A stretch of DNA of 64,000 nt, from contig OZ242358.1 in NCBI GenBank assembly GCA_965208835.1, forward strand, positions 5,116,621 to 5,180,620. The letters run 5' to 3'. Origin of the DNA: Candidatus Latescibacterota bacterium. Lineage in GTDB: Bacteria; Latescibacterota; UBA2968; GCA-2709665. This document shows, piece after piece, positions 1 to 8,712 of the stretch; position 1 is the stretch's first letter; the number at the start of each line of letters is the position of its first letter. The notes beneath the pieces are model-generated. The model had not been told where the DNA came from. It made no database searches and was given only the letters and a program-made list of their open reading frames with translations. The position numbers were made by a program, and so were the translations under genes.

Positions 1-160
1 TAAACAGGATAGAGTCACAAAGACCCGAGTGTCGCCCGCTGTTTCGAATTCTTCAAATGAGCCTTTGGACCACAAATCGCGCAACACCAATGTAGCCAAC
101 CCGATTCCGCAACGTCAAGCTTGAAATCGTCTCCGGGCCGGTCCCTGCTCACGGATCGAC

Positions 161-1534
161 TCAGACCCGTACCCAGTACAGGTGGTTGTCGATGGTCTCG
201 CCCTCGTGCGCGTACCGGGATTCGCCCAGCGTGTAGATGAATGAAGGACGGTCGCCCGGCGGGATAGGGTTCGCGCCGTTTTGGCGTTCCAGGGAAGGCA
301 TAACCTGACCTTGTTCCGGGTCGAACGCGAGCACCTCCCGCGGCGTGAATGTCTCGCCGTAATCGGACGATTCGAGCCAGACGACGCGTGAGAGTTCCGG
401 ATGCTCGCGCAGCCAGAAGGCGGGCAGGCCATAGATGCCCGGGGCCCAGTTCTCGTCCGGGTGCCCCAGTGCAACGAGCTGCGCGAGGACGCAAAGGACG
501 TCATCGGACGTCATTACCGGCTTGAAGCCGATGATCCCCCAACCGGGCCAGTGCGACGCCACGGCCTCGCCTAACGGCATTTCACGCCACCTCCCGGCGT
601 CGAATGTCTTCAGGAAGGCGCGACAGGGCGTGGGTGTGTGGCGAACGTAGCCGACGTAGGGTCGGTCCTTTGAGTCGACGGCCATGCCGCAGTGCTCGAT
701 GCCGGGCTTCGGGTTGTTGCTTTCACCCTCCTCCAGCAGGTCAAGCGTGTCCGACGTCGCCGGAAGCGGAACCCGCGTCCCGTCGGCCTTCTGCCAGGTG
801 CGTCCGAAGTCGAAGGAGCGCATGTACCCCACGGCCTGGTACAGACCGGCCACGTCACGCGGGTGCTCCCCAGCATTCGCCTTTCGACTCAGGAAAAAGG
901 CCATGCTCATGTGCATTGTCTTCCGGCCCGGGCCCCAAACCATATCGTTGTTCATGCCCGTGTACCCGGTGAAACGTCGCTGCCGGGTCACGACCAGTCC
1001 GCGGCTTTGCCACGGACCGGCAGGCGGTCTCTCCCAGAGTTCCATGCCGTTGTGGCTGCCGTCGCGGGCGGTGAGGTGAAGCGTGTCGTCCGGGCCGCAC
1101 ATCAGCACGGGATAGGTGTTTCGGCCAAAGGCCTGGACGGGGGTCCAGGCTGACGCATCGTGCGGCCGCAGCGATCGCTGGTACTGCAGAGGCGAGTTGT
1201 GGCCGCCCATGACCATGTGCAGGTAGCCCCGGCTATCGACCGCCAGGGTGGGACGGGAATGCTCGTCGACGCCCTCGGCCAGGATGGCGCCCGCGGTCCA
1301 CCTGCCCGTTTCATGATCGAGTGTGCGTACCCGGGCGAAGTACCTCTGATTGTATGAGTCCTGCCAGGCAATGTGGGTCCTGCCGCGGCAGGCAACGATC
1401 TTGTTCCCCGGCCCCTGGCTCGCGCGTTCGCCGGCGATCACGGACAGCAAGGCGTTGCCGAAGGCGCGATCGGCAGCGGCGAACGGGTCGCCCACGTCGC
1501 AGGTCCTGATACGGTCGAAAAATTCAGTCTCCAA
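161..1534 (-). CDS. BNR-4/sialidase-like beta-propeller protein
   Basis: Motifs 'HSRPTLAVDSRGYLHMVMGGHNS', 'TYP' and Asp-box-like 'RSFDFGRTW' and 'ESSDYGETF'. Start placed at TTG 1534 behind the RBS AAGGAGGAG (ATG 1558 is an alternative). The ORF-track extension to 1714 runs through intergenic repeats. Confidence 0.7.
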   Translation of the reverse strand: METEFFDRIRTCDVGDPFAAADRAFGNALLSVIAGERASQGPGNKIVACRGRTHIAWQDSYNQRYFARVRTLDHETGRWTAGAILAEGVDEHSRPTLAVDSRGYLHMVMGGHNSPLQYQRSLRPHDASAWTPVQAFGRNTYPVLMCGPDDTLHLTARDGSHNGMELWERPPAGPWQSRGLVVTRQRRFTGYTGMNNDMVWGPGRKTMHMSMAFFLSRKANAGEHPRDVAGLYQAVGYMRSFDFGRTWQKADGTRVPLPATSDTLDLLEEGESNNPKPGIEHCGMAVDSKDRPYVGYVRHTPTPCRAFLKTFDAGRWREMPLGEAVASHWPGWGIIGFKPVMTSDDVLCVLAQLVALGHPDENWAPGIYGLPAFWLREHPELSRVVWLESSDYGETFTPREVLAFDPEQGQVMPSLERQNGANPIPPGDRPSFIYTLGESRYAHEGETIDNHLYWVRV

Positions 1535-1636
1535 TTGCACTCCTCCTTCGTTATTCATCGAACGCCGGATGCTATGACCATTGGCGAAATCTGGCGGTGC
1601 GGTGTCGGCACTGACTGTAATGCTGGCGATGCCGGT

Positions 1637-1667
1637 GTGAAGGTGGGGCGGACATTCCTGTCTGCCC
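1637..1667 (+). repeat. REP-like palindromic element (GGACATTCCTGTC family), copy 1
   Basis: GTGAAGGTGGGGCGGACATTCCTGTCTGCCC is the exact 31-bp reverse complement of 10395-10425; a degenerate copy lies at 23511-23537. Confidence 0.75.
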
Positions 1668-1738
1668 ACGTCAAGATTCTTCTGTCGAATTGCGGAAACA
1701 AGAAGAAATCGCAAGGCTGTCGAGGGGGCACCGGTCCC

Positions 1739-2177
1739 TCACTCATATCGGAGCGCGTCCACCGGATTCGCGCGGGCCGCCCGGGTGACCTGAAGACTGA
1801 CGGCCAGGAGGACCATGAGAAGCATGAGCACGCCGCCCAGAAGAAACGTCCCAATTCCCGGATCCACGCGATACGCGAAATTCTGCAGCCAGCGTTCAGC
1901 CGCGACGTAGGTCACGGGCCATGCGATCAGGACAGCGATGCCGACCAGGACCACGTATTCTCGGGTCAGCAGAGAGATGATGCCAAATGTTGGCGCGCCC
2001 AGGACTTTGCGAATCCCGATTTCCTTGGTGCGCCTAGCGACGGAGAGCGACGTCAACCCGAAAGCGCCCAGGCACGCTATGAATACGGCGAACAAAGTCG
2101 CGTAGCCCGCTATTCTGAACCACCTGTTTTCCTCCTCGTATTGACGACTTATCAGGTCGTCGAGAAAGAAATAATAA
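1739..2177 (-). pseudogene. ABC transporter permease (FtsX/MacB-type), C-terminal fragment truncated by the IS1595 element
   Basis: 'YFFLDD...IACLGAFGL...RRTKEIGIRKVLGA...WLQNFAYR...AARANPVDALRYE' is the typical C-terminus of large FtsX-family permeases. The frame runs directly into the IS left TIR at 2178 and does not resume beyond the right TIR. Confidence 0.85.
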
Positions 2178-2197
2178 CGCGAATACAAGATATGGGC

Positions 2198-2226
2198 TTG
2201 ACAAGGTGGGCGGATTGTGTTATATT
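2198..2226 (+). promoter_or_regulatory. sigma70-type promoter of the IS transposase operon
   Basis: TTGACA (2198-2203), 17 bp, TATATT (2221-2226), with TG at the extended -10 position. The -35 box overlaps the inner end of the left TIR. Confidence 0.75.
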
Positions 2227-2271
2227 GTAAGTAACAGGGACACAACACATAACCCCCACCGGAGAGACAAC

Positions 2272-3165
2272 ATGAACCTTCACCAGATTTTCCGCAAATA
2301 CCCGACACAGGAATCCTGCATTGAATTCTTGGAGCGGGTACGGTTCGGCGATGAGCCCTTTTGCCCGTTGTGTGGCGTAGTCGGAGAGTGTAAGCGCAAG
2401 AATGACGGGGAGCGGATAGGACGCTGGAACTGTCATTCCTGCAAATCCAGCTTTAACGTCCTGTCTGGAACGATCTTCCAGAAAACCAAGATCGACCTGC
2501 AAAAATGGTTCATGGCTATCGGTATCATGCTGAACGCGAAAAAGAGCGTATCAAGCCCACAGCTGGCGCGGGACGTGGGGTTGACTCAACAGACCGCCCT
2601 TTACGTCCAGCAGCGTATTCGTTCCGAGATGGCCAGCAAACAGGGTTTCCTGCTGTTGCAGGGCATTGTTGAGGCGGACGAAACGTATGTAGGCGGCAAG
2701 CCTCGCAAGCGGAACAAGCGTAATTCTGGTAACGGTACCCCCCCCCCGAACAAACGCGGACGCGGAACGAAAAAGACCCCGATAATTGGCGTTGTTGAGC
2801 GAGGCGGCAAGGTTGTCGCGCAGGTTGCAGACGATCTGTCCGGTCGTGGCGTTATGGCGTTCATCAAGAACGCGGTCGATCCCGATGGTTCGGTATTGAT
2901 GACGGACGCCTACAAGGCGTATAACGCGGCTTCCGAGAAGTACCACCATCAAGTCATTGACCACGCCAAAGAGTATGCCCGCAATGGCGTTCACACGAAT
3001 ACGATTGAAGGCGTCTGGAGTCTGCTGAAGCGGGCATGGTATGGTTCCCATCATCACTATTCCAAGCACTTTACGCCCCTGTATGTCGCTGAAACCTGCT
3101 GGAAGTATAACAACCGGAAGAATGAACAGGCTTTTGATTCGTTCATGCGCGGGTGTTTCGCATGA
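2272..3165 (+). CDS. IS1595-family transposase (Zn ribbon + ISXO2-like DDE domain)
   Basis: CPLC...CHSC zinc ribbon, 'GTIFQKTK', 'VEADETYVGG', 'LMTD', 'HTNTIEGVWSLLKR'. ATG 2272 follows GGAGAG. Confidence 0.93.
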   Translation: MNLHQIFRKYPTQESCIEFLERVRFGDEPFCPLCGVVGECKRKNDGERIGRWNCHSCKSSFNVLSGTIFQKTKIDLQKWFMAIGIMLNAKKSVSSPQLARDVGLTQQTALYVQQRIRSEMASKQGFLLLQGIVEADETYVGGKPRKRNKRNSGNGTPPPNKRGRGTKKTPIIGVVERGGKVVAQVADDLSGRGVMAFIKNAVDPDGSVLMTDAYKAYNAASEKYHHQVIDHAKEYARNGVHTNTIEGVWSLLKRAWYGSHHHYSKHFTPLYVAETCWKYNNRKNEQAFDSFMRGCFA

Positions 3166-4712
3166 ACCGCCTCTATTATGGGGACTGCCTGACCGTGATG
3201 CAGGAATATATGCGGTCAAATAGCGTAGACCTGATTTACCTTGACCCTCCCTTCAACTCCAACCGAGAATACAATCAGATTTACAAAGATGAAACCGGAC
3301 GACCGCTCCCGGATCAGATAGACGCTTTCTGCGACCTGTGGACGCTCGACGAGGAACGAGAGCGGGCGATCCGCGCCATGCCCGTGCTGATGCGCGAAGC
3401 GGGCATAGAAGACAGTGTAGCGGCTTTCTGGCGGCTGTGGATGAACGCCTTGCGGGAGACTAATCCCCGGCTTTTGGCGTATCTGTCTTACATGGTGGAG
3501 CGGTTGCTTCATTTGAGATCGATCCTCAAGCCGACTGGATCGGTCTTTCTCCACTGCGATCCCACCGCAAGCCATTATATCAAGGTCATGATGGATGGGA
3601 TTTTTGGACACTCGAATTTCCGAAATGAAATTGTCTGGTGCTACAAGACCAGACCACAACCGAAGCGGTACTTTGGCAAAAAACACGATTGCATCCTGTT
3701 CTATTCTAACGGAGAGCAATACAGGTTCAATCACGAGAACGTCATGCGCCCGCTTTCTCCCGTGACGGTTGCCAAATACAAGCACAAAGACGAAAACGGG
3801 CGCTTGTACCGGTTGCAGGGACGGGGAATTACAGGTAGTCCGATACGCTCCGCGAAAGACGTTGATCTTAAATGGGAAACCGAGCGACCGGACTTAGTGG
3901 TGCGTGACTACTTGGACGAAAAAAAAGGCGTTGTGCTTGAAGATTGGTGGTCTGATATAGGTATACTGAATCAATCGGCAAAGGAACGTCTGGGATACCG
4001 GACTCAAAAGCCCATGCAATTGCTGGAGCGCATCATCAGGGCCAGTACAAACGAGGGCGATGTGGTCTTTGATCCGTTCTGTGGATGCGCTACAACGCTT
4101 GAGGCAGCTCATATCCACAAACGGCGATGGATCGGAATTGATATTGCAATTCACGCAATCAAGCGAGTTGCCGCGCTTCGATTGCGTGACAAGCTGGCTT
4201 TGGTCGAAAACGAAGATTTCACGATTGAAGGCGTGCCTCGCAATCTGGAAGGCGCACGGCATCTGTGGGAGCGCGACACATACCACTTCCAGAAGTGGGC
4301 GGTTGAGGAAGTAGACGGCTTTGTGACCACCAAGCGGACGGCGGACGGCGGTATCGATGGGCGGTTGTATTTCGATTGTCCGGGCAAGCCGGATCTCCAG
4401 AGCATGGCTATCGAAGTGAAGGGCGGCAAGAATGTCGGTATCCGTGACCTGCGCGCCCTACATGGCGTTCTGGAAAACGACCTCGCCATGATGGGCGGTC
4501 TGATCGTTCTGGAACCGCTTGGAGAGCGCAAAACACAGAACTTCAAGCGGGAGATGGGCAAGGCGGGAGACGTGCGTATCGGGCAAGCCGCGTATCCTGC
4601 GCTCCAGCTGTTGACCGTGCAGGACATATTCGAAGGCAAACGCTTCGATACGCCCGGCGCCGTTGGACGCGGACTATCGCAGCCTCAATTGCGCCTTGAC
4701 CCCAAACCCTAA
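3162..4712 (+). CDS. N6/N4 DNA methyltransferase (beta-type motif order) fused to a C-terminal Mrr-like PD-(D/E)xK nuclease domain
   Basis: 'LYYGDCL', motif IV 'DLIYLDPPF', 'GYRTQKP', motif I 'FDPFCGCATT', C-terminal 'ADGGIDG...AIEVKGG'. ATG 3162 overlaps the transposase stop (ATGA); its own TAA overlaps the first base of the right TIR. Confidence 0.88.
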   Translation: MNRLYYGDCLTVMQEYMRSNSVDLIYLDPPFNSNREYNQIYKDETGRPLPDQIDAFCDLWTLDEERERAIRAMPVLMREAGIEDSVAAFWRLWMNALRETNPRLLAYLSYMVERLLHLRSILKPTGSVFLHCDPTASHYIKVMMDGIFGHSNFRNEIVWCYKTRPQPKRYFGKKHDCILFYSNGEQYRFNHENVMRPLSPVTVAKYKHKDENGRLYRLQGRGITGSPIRSAKDVDLKWETERPDLVVRDYLDEKKGVVLEDWWSDIGILNQSAKERLGYRTQKPMQLLERIIRASTNEGDVVFDPFCGCATTLEAAHIHKRRWIGIDIAIHAIKRVAALRLRDKLALVENEDFTIEGVPRNLEGARHLWERDTYHFQKWAVEEVDGFVTTKRTADGGIDGRLYFDCPGKPDLQSMAIEVKGGKNVGIRDLRALHGVLENDLAMMGGLIVLEPLGERKTQNFKREMGKAGDVRIGQAAYPALQLLTVQDIFEGKRFDTPGAVGRGLSQPQLRLDPKP

Positions 4713-4781
4713 AGCCCATATCTTGTATTCGCGAATAGAAATGTTGGGAATGTTTTGTCGACTGATTCTCAGTCGGTCGTC

Positions 4782-4853
4782 TCACTCATCTCTGAGCGTA
4801 TTCGTCGGATTCAGCGTTGCGGCCATGTAAGTTTTACAATTGACGGCGATCAT
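4782..4853 (-). pseudogene. Relic 3' end of a second FtsX-type ABC permease
   Basis: Minus-strand translation 'MIAVNCKTYMAATLNPTNTLRDE*' resembles the 'AARANPVDALRYE*' terminus at 1739; no intact upstream frame. Confidence 0.45.
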
Positions 4854-4934
4854 GACGAATCCTGTCCGATCGATCAAGCCGTGAGACCAATTGCCGGATT
4901 ACCGGTGCTCTTGCATAACATCCGGTATGATCCC

Positions 4935-7900
4935 TTAGTACGTCTTCGCGATCACAAAACCGGCGTCCTTCTCGACGGTTTTGCTGGTGTTCCGGTCCCT
5001 GACAGTTACTCTCAACAGGTATTTGCCGGGCGGACGGTTTTCAAGCTCGAGTTCCACGTATTCCGCTTCCTGGGCCGCCGTGCCCTGTTGTTCGTACGTA
5101 ACGGAGAGTTCCTCACGTTTGCCTTCCCGCCATCGGGTCAGGCTGGATATGATACCGACGGCGCCGGGGTTGTCGTTCGACGTGACCGTATAGGATACTT
5201 CGTAATCCGTCTGACCAAACTCGTCCTGTGACAGGTTGTAGATCTCGTAATAGACGAATACGCTCTGGCCTTTCGCGTACGTCCGCGTGGGCATAGGGAT
5301 CACACGCACCTCACCCTTGCTGAATCTAGATCCTGTTTGCTCCTTTTCAATTTGCCAGGCGAGTTGCAGATCGCTGATCTGTAATCCTTGCCTTCCGTAC
5401 GGTTTTACGATTACCTCCTGACGATATCTGCCCCGGCTTTGGGACAATCGGTCCTTGATTCCAACCTCCATCAGGTAGCGCCCCGCGGGAACGGCCAAAC
5501 GAACCATATCCGGTACGAAGCCGTCTCGCCTTCCGGTAAGGTCGCCGTCGTTTTCAAAGTTGATCTGTCCGTCTCTTCGGTAGACTGCGCCGGTCTGCCT
5601 GTTGACCAGCGTGACGGTCCGTTCAACCTCAATTCGGGTTTCGTTCTTCTCCTGCTCGTAGTGTCCCTTTACGTGAGGAATGCCCAGATAAACTTCCAAT
5701 GAGGATTGATCGTCTCTTCGAAAGTCCGCCAGATCGTAGTAAAACGTGAAAGGGTCTTCATTGGTTTCGAGCTTGTAATAGTTGGGCGTGGCGCTGGCGG
5801 CCTGGGCGGTGACGGTTCTCGGGTTGTAACGATTCAGACTGGCCTGTTGTCGAACGGGAATCCGCGCATCCGTGGGTGACGGCGCAAAGTCGTAGATCCC
5901 GTTGTGAAATTCATCCGCAAAAGTGATCTCGATTCCGCCGCCGACGTCTGTGTAGACCCACGTCACCCATGCGACCATGGACGCATCTTCCTCGCTGGAG
6001 ACCGGCCTGTAGTTCGTGGGAGGAAGGGCATCGCTGGCGTGGTTGTTACTATCGTCCTCAATTTCCGCACTGAATTCCGGTCCTTCGCCCAAAGACTGCC
6101 GGAGGCTTTGAACGGGATAGACCGGGCCGGGATAGATGGACTCGAAGGGAGATACTTGAAGCTTATAATCTCCTGCCTTGTGACGGGTCCCGTCCACATC
6201 CACAGCGGATCGAAGAAAGTTCTTCGCTGGGACGGAGGTGCCGTAGATCGCCCGGGCAAGGCGTTCCTTGACCCGCTGGACGGCAAGGCTCTGATCCGCG
6301 TTCATCATATCGGATCGCGACCGATGGTCCGGCTCCCCGAACCGCACGTACACATCGCCGCGGCGGTCCCAGGGTTGTCGGCCTGACGAGAAGCTGCGGC
6401 GCGCGTACCACACCCGGCGATAGTGCTCCAGCTGACGTTCGTTGGCCGACGTGGTTAAATCAGGGTCTTTTTCGGTCCAGAACCTCTGCAGGAACGCTAC
6501 CTTTGACGCTTCCGGCAAGTTTTCAAAGGCTGCCAATTCGTCTTCCGACGCCACAAGGCTGATATCGCCGAAGAGCGCACGATCCTCGGCGCTCAAACTC
6601 TCCAGGTATCTGCTGAAGTATACATCAGCCTGATCGAGGGCTTCCAGTTTCAGACATGCCTGAGCCAATATGGGCAGGACTTCGGTGTCCTGGGGGTGCT
6701 GGCGGGCGTAGTCTTCCAGGAGTTCAACAATCCTGCCATACTCCCGGGACTTCAGGTAGACGGCGGCCAAACGATTCCGGCCCCGCGGATCATCGGGACG
6801 CAGAGACATGTACTGGGCGTAGTGGAGCGCCGCTCGTTCATAATCCTTGTGAAATGTCTCGTACCATTCCCCAAGAAGCAGATAGGCAGGTCCGAATGTC
6901 GGATCCATTTCCAGAAGCTTCTCACAGTCGCCTTTGACGTCGAATTCCTCTAGTGCGTACCTGATTTTGGCAATGTTGAAGCGCGCCTCGACATAGTCCC
7001 GGTCGTACTGCAGTGCCTTCTGGAAATATCGAATGGCGTCATGACGGGCTTTCGGGCGTTCCTGAAACACCAGGCCGAGGCCGTTGTACGCTTCGGCCAG
7101 TCTGTGGTCCAATCGGGTCGCCCGTTCGAACGATGCCAGCGCCTTATCCAATTGCCCCGACTCCAGGTAGGCATAGCCCGCCTTCGCGTGTCCCAGCGCG
7201 AAACGAGGCGCCACCCGCGATACCATTTCCAGCGCCTGAGGCGCAAGCGGATTCCCGGCTTCCAGCAGGGCGACCCCGGCAGAGAGAATAGAGTCGACCT
7301 GCGCGCGACCGATAGCCCGGTCCTGCACGCGGTCGCCAGGGGGATCACGGACCAGTTCAACCAGCCGACCTTTATAGAAGAAGCTGGTCAACATCGCTTC
7401 GTCCCGGTCCGCGTCAGACCGATAGAAGTAGCTGAACTCGCGACCGGATTCTGGGTCCGCAGGAGACCGAAAAAGCGCATTCAGTACTTCCAGGTCTCTC
7501 TTTGCGGAAACTTGCGCTGCGGCCCAGGACTTGAGCAACGAAAGGGTTTCCGGTCGACGTCCGTCGTGCGCCAGGGCGTATGCACGGAAGAGATCCCCGA
7601 CAATCCGGAGATGGTCGCGGCAAACCCAGCGGGCGCCGTCTCTTCTGGCTTCTGCGGCTCTTCGTTCCAGTTCGCGCACGTATGCGTCAATCGGTTCAGC
7701 AAAGAATCCAATTGTCCTGTGTTGGCGGCGCATCGCCACGAATGCGGAAGCCGCCCGGCGATACTTCTTCGACGCGGCTTCAAAGTCCCATTGGTGCAGG
7801 GCTGTGTACGCCATGGCAGACGCCTGAAATGCGTTTCCAAGCGCTTGCAGCACGGCGTTTATTTTTTTCGATGCCGCATCTGACGTGCCGGTGTTGTATG

Positions 7901-8306
7901 CCTTTGTCGTGCCTCCACCCGAAACACCGGCGCTGCTTTCCTGGAAAATTCGTATCGACCCTTGATCAACGGGGAGTTCCCAGACACGCGGAGGGGACAG
8001 CGGAGATGACCTTCGTTCCATCAGGGGAATACCGATCATGTTTGTTTCAAGAGGTTTCTCACGGTAATAGAGCCGGTCTCCTGCCGAGTTCCATTCCAGG
8101 CCACGTGACTCTCCCGGGAATGTCCCGAGCCGACGTGTGTCTTGTGTCGTCTCTACCCACACTTCGGTCAGGCTCACCGGTCCCTCAGACCATGTAATCG
8201 TCCAGGCTTTCTTCTCCTTTGACGGATCGACCACGACGGTCTGTTGTGACAATGCATCGGAAATACCGATTGTCAGAATTGTCCAGATCGGCATTAAACG
8301 AAACAT
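4935..8306 (-). CDS. Exported GWxTD-domain/TPR protein, long subtype (A3)
   Basis: Hydrophobic N-terminus, TPR array, GWxTD core 'FWTEKDPDLTTSANERQLEHYRRVWYA...PWDRRGDVYVRFGEPD', C-terminal Ig-like domains ('GLQISDLQLA', 'VFVYYEIYNL', 'PGKYLLRVTVRD'). Start is uncertain (8369, 8306 or 8294). Confidence 0.85.
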   Translation of the reverse strand: MFRLMPIWTILTIGISDALSQQTVVVDPSKEKKAWTITWSEGPVSLTEVWVETTQDTRRLGTFPGESRGLEWNSAGDRLYYREKPLETNMIGIPLMERRSSPLSPPRVWELPVDQGSIRIFQESSAGVSGGGTTKAYNTGTSDAASKKINAVLQALGNAFQASAMAYTALHQWDFEAASKKYRRAASAFVAMRRQHRTIGFFAEPIDAYVRELERRAAEARRDGARWVCRDHLRIVGDLFRAYALAHDGRRPETLSLLKSWAAAQVSAKRDLEVLNALFRSPADPESGREFSYFYRSDADRDEAMLTSFFYKGRLVELVRDPPGDRVQDRAIGRAQVDSILSAGVALLEAGNPLAPQALEMVSRVAPRFALGHAKAGYAYLESGQLDKALASFERATRLDHRLAEAYNGLGLVFQERPKARHDAIRYFQKALQYDRDYVEARFNIAKIRYALEEFDVKGDCEKLLEMDPTFGPAYLLLGEWYETFHKDYERAALHYAQYMSLRPDDPRGRNRLAAVYLKSREYGRIVELLEDYARQHPQDTEVLPILAQACLKLEALDQADVYFSRYLESLSAEDRALFGDISLVASEDELAAFENLPEASKVAFLQRFWTEKDPDLTTSANERQLEHYRRVWYARRSFSSGRQPWDRRGDVYVRFGEPDHRSRSDMMNADQSLAVQRVKERLARAIYGTSVPAKNFLRSAVDVDGTRHKAGDYKLQVSPFESIYPGPVYPVQSLRQSLGEGPEFSAEIEDDSNNHASDALPPTNYRPVSSEEDASMVAWVTWVYTDVGGGIEITFADEFHNGIYDFAPSPTDARIPVRQQASLNRYNPRTVTAQAASATPNYYKLETNEDPFTFYYDLADFRRDDQSSLEVYLGIPHVKGHYEQEKNETRIEVERTVTLVNRQTGAVYRRDGQINFENDGDLTGRRDGFVPDMVRLAVPAGRYLMEVGIKDRLSQSRGRYRQEVIVKPYGRQGLQISDLQLAWQIEKEQTGSRFSKGEVRVIPMPTRTYAKGQSVFVYYEIYNLSQDEFGQTDYEVSYTVTSNDNPGAVGIISSLTRWREGKREELSVTYEQQGTAAQEAEYVELELENRPPGKYLLRVTVRDRNTSKTVEKDAGFVIAKTY

Positions 8307-8712
8307 CGCCGGCAGAATGCCGCCGAATCGGAGGGAGATATGTGGACTGGATGGATTGGGTAGATGCATTGGGATCCAGATCTTCGGAATTTTCTCGCGG
8401 AATGCAGAAAGTGGAGTCTAACCTGATTAATTCAAGAATCGACGGATAATGAATTTCACGGAAGCAGAAAGAGCTTCCGGATGAAACGAGAAACGAAAGA
8501 GCAAGGGCGGTGACGGATTTGGCGCGTTCACGCCGTTTGTATGGTGTGTGCCGGGAACACGATAGCGCCGTGGCGTCAGGTTGCCCTGAATCCCGCTATC
8601 GGAAGCACAAACACCTCCGTGGTTGTTGGTCGTTTCGATGCAAACGTGAAGGCGAGGTCAGCACGTCGATGGGTTATCGAACACCTGTTGCCAGTCTTGA
8701 GAGCTATGTGGG

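Larger units (their letters stand above)
2178..4733 (+). mobile_element. IS1595-family element carrying a passenger gene (2556 bp)
   Basis: Perfect 22-bp terminal inverted repeats CGCGAATACAAGATATGGGCTT (2178-2199) and AAGCCCATATCTTGTATTCGCG (4712-4733) enclose the transposase and the methyltransferase. The 8-bp flanks AATAATAA / AATAGAAA match at only 6 of 8 positions. Confidence 0.9.

Noticed and set aside
1373-2230. 285-aa plus-strand ORF and other long antisense ORFs (7041, 41441, 45779, 50875, 59834, 60959)
   Set aside because: They overlap well-supported genes or repeats on the opposite strand or in another frame and have no domain signatures.
2178-2308. N-terminus of the 189-aa ORF 1739..2308 as a real small permease
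   Set aside because: The first ~43 codons are read from the antisense strand of the IS left end, so the ORF is a junction artefact.
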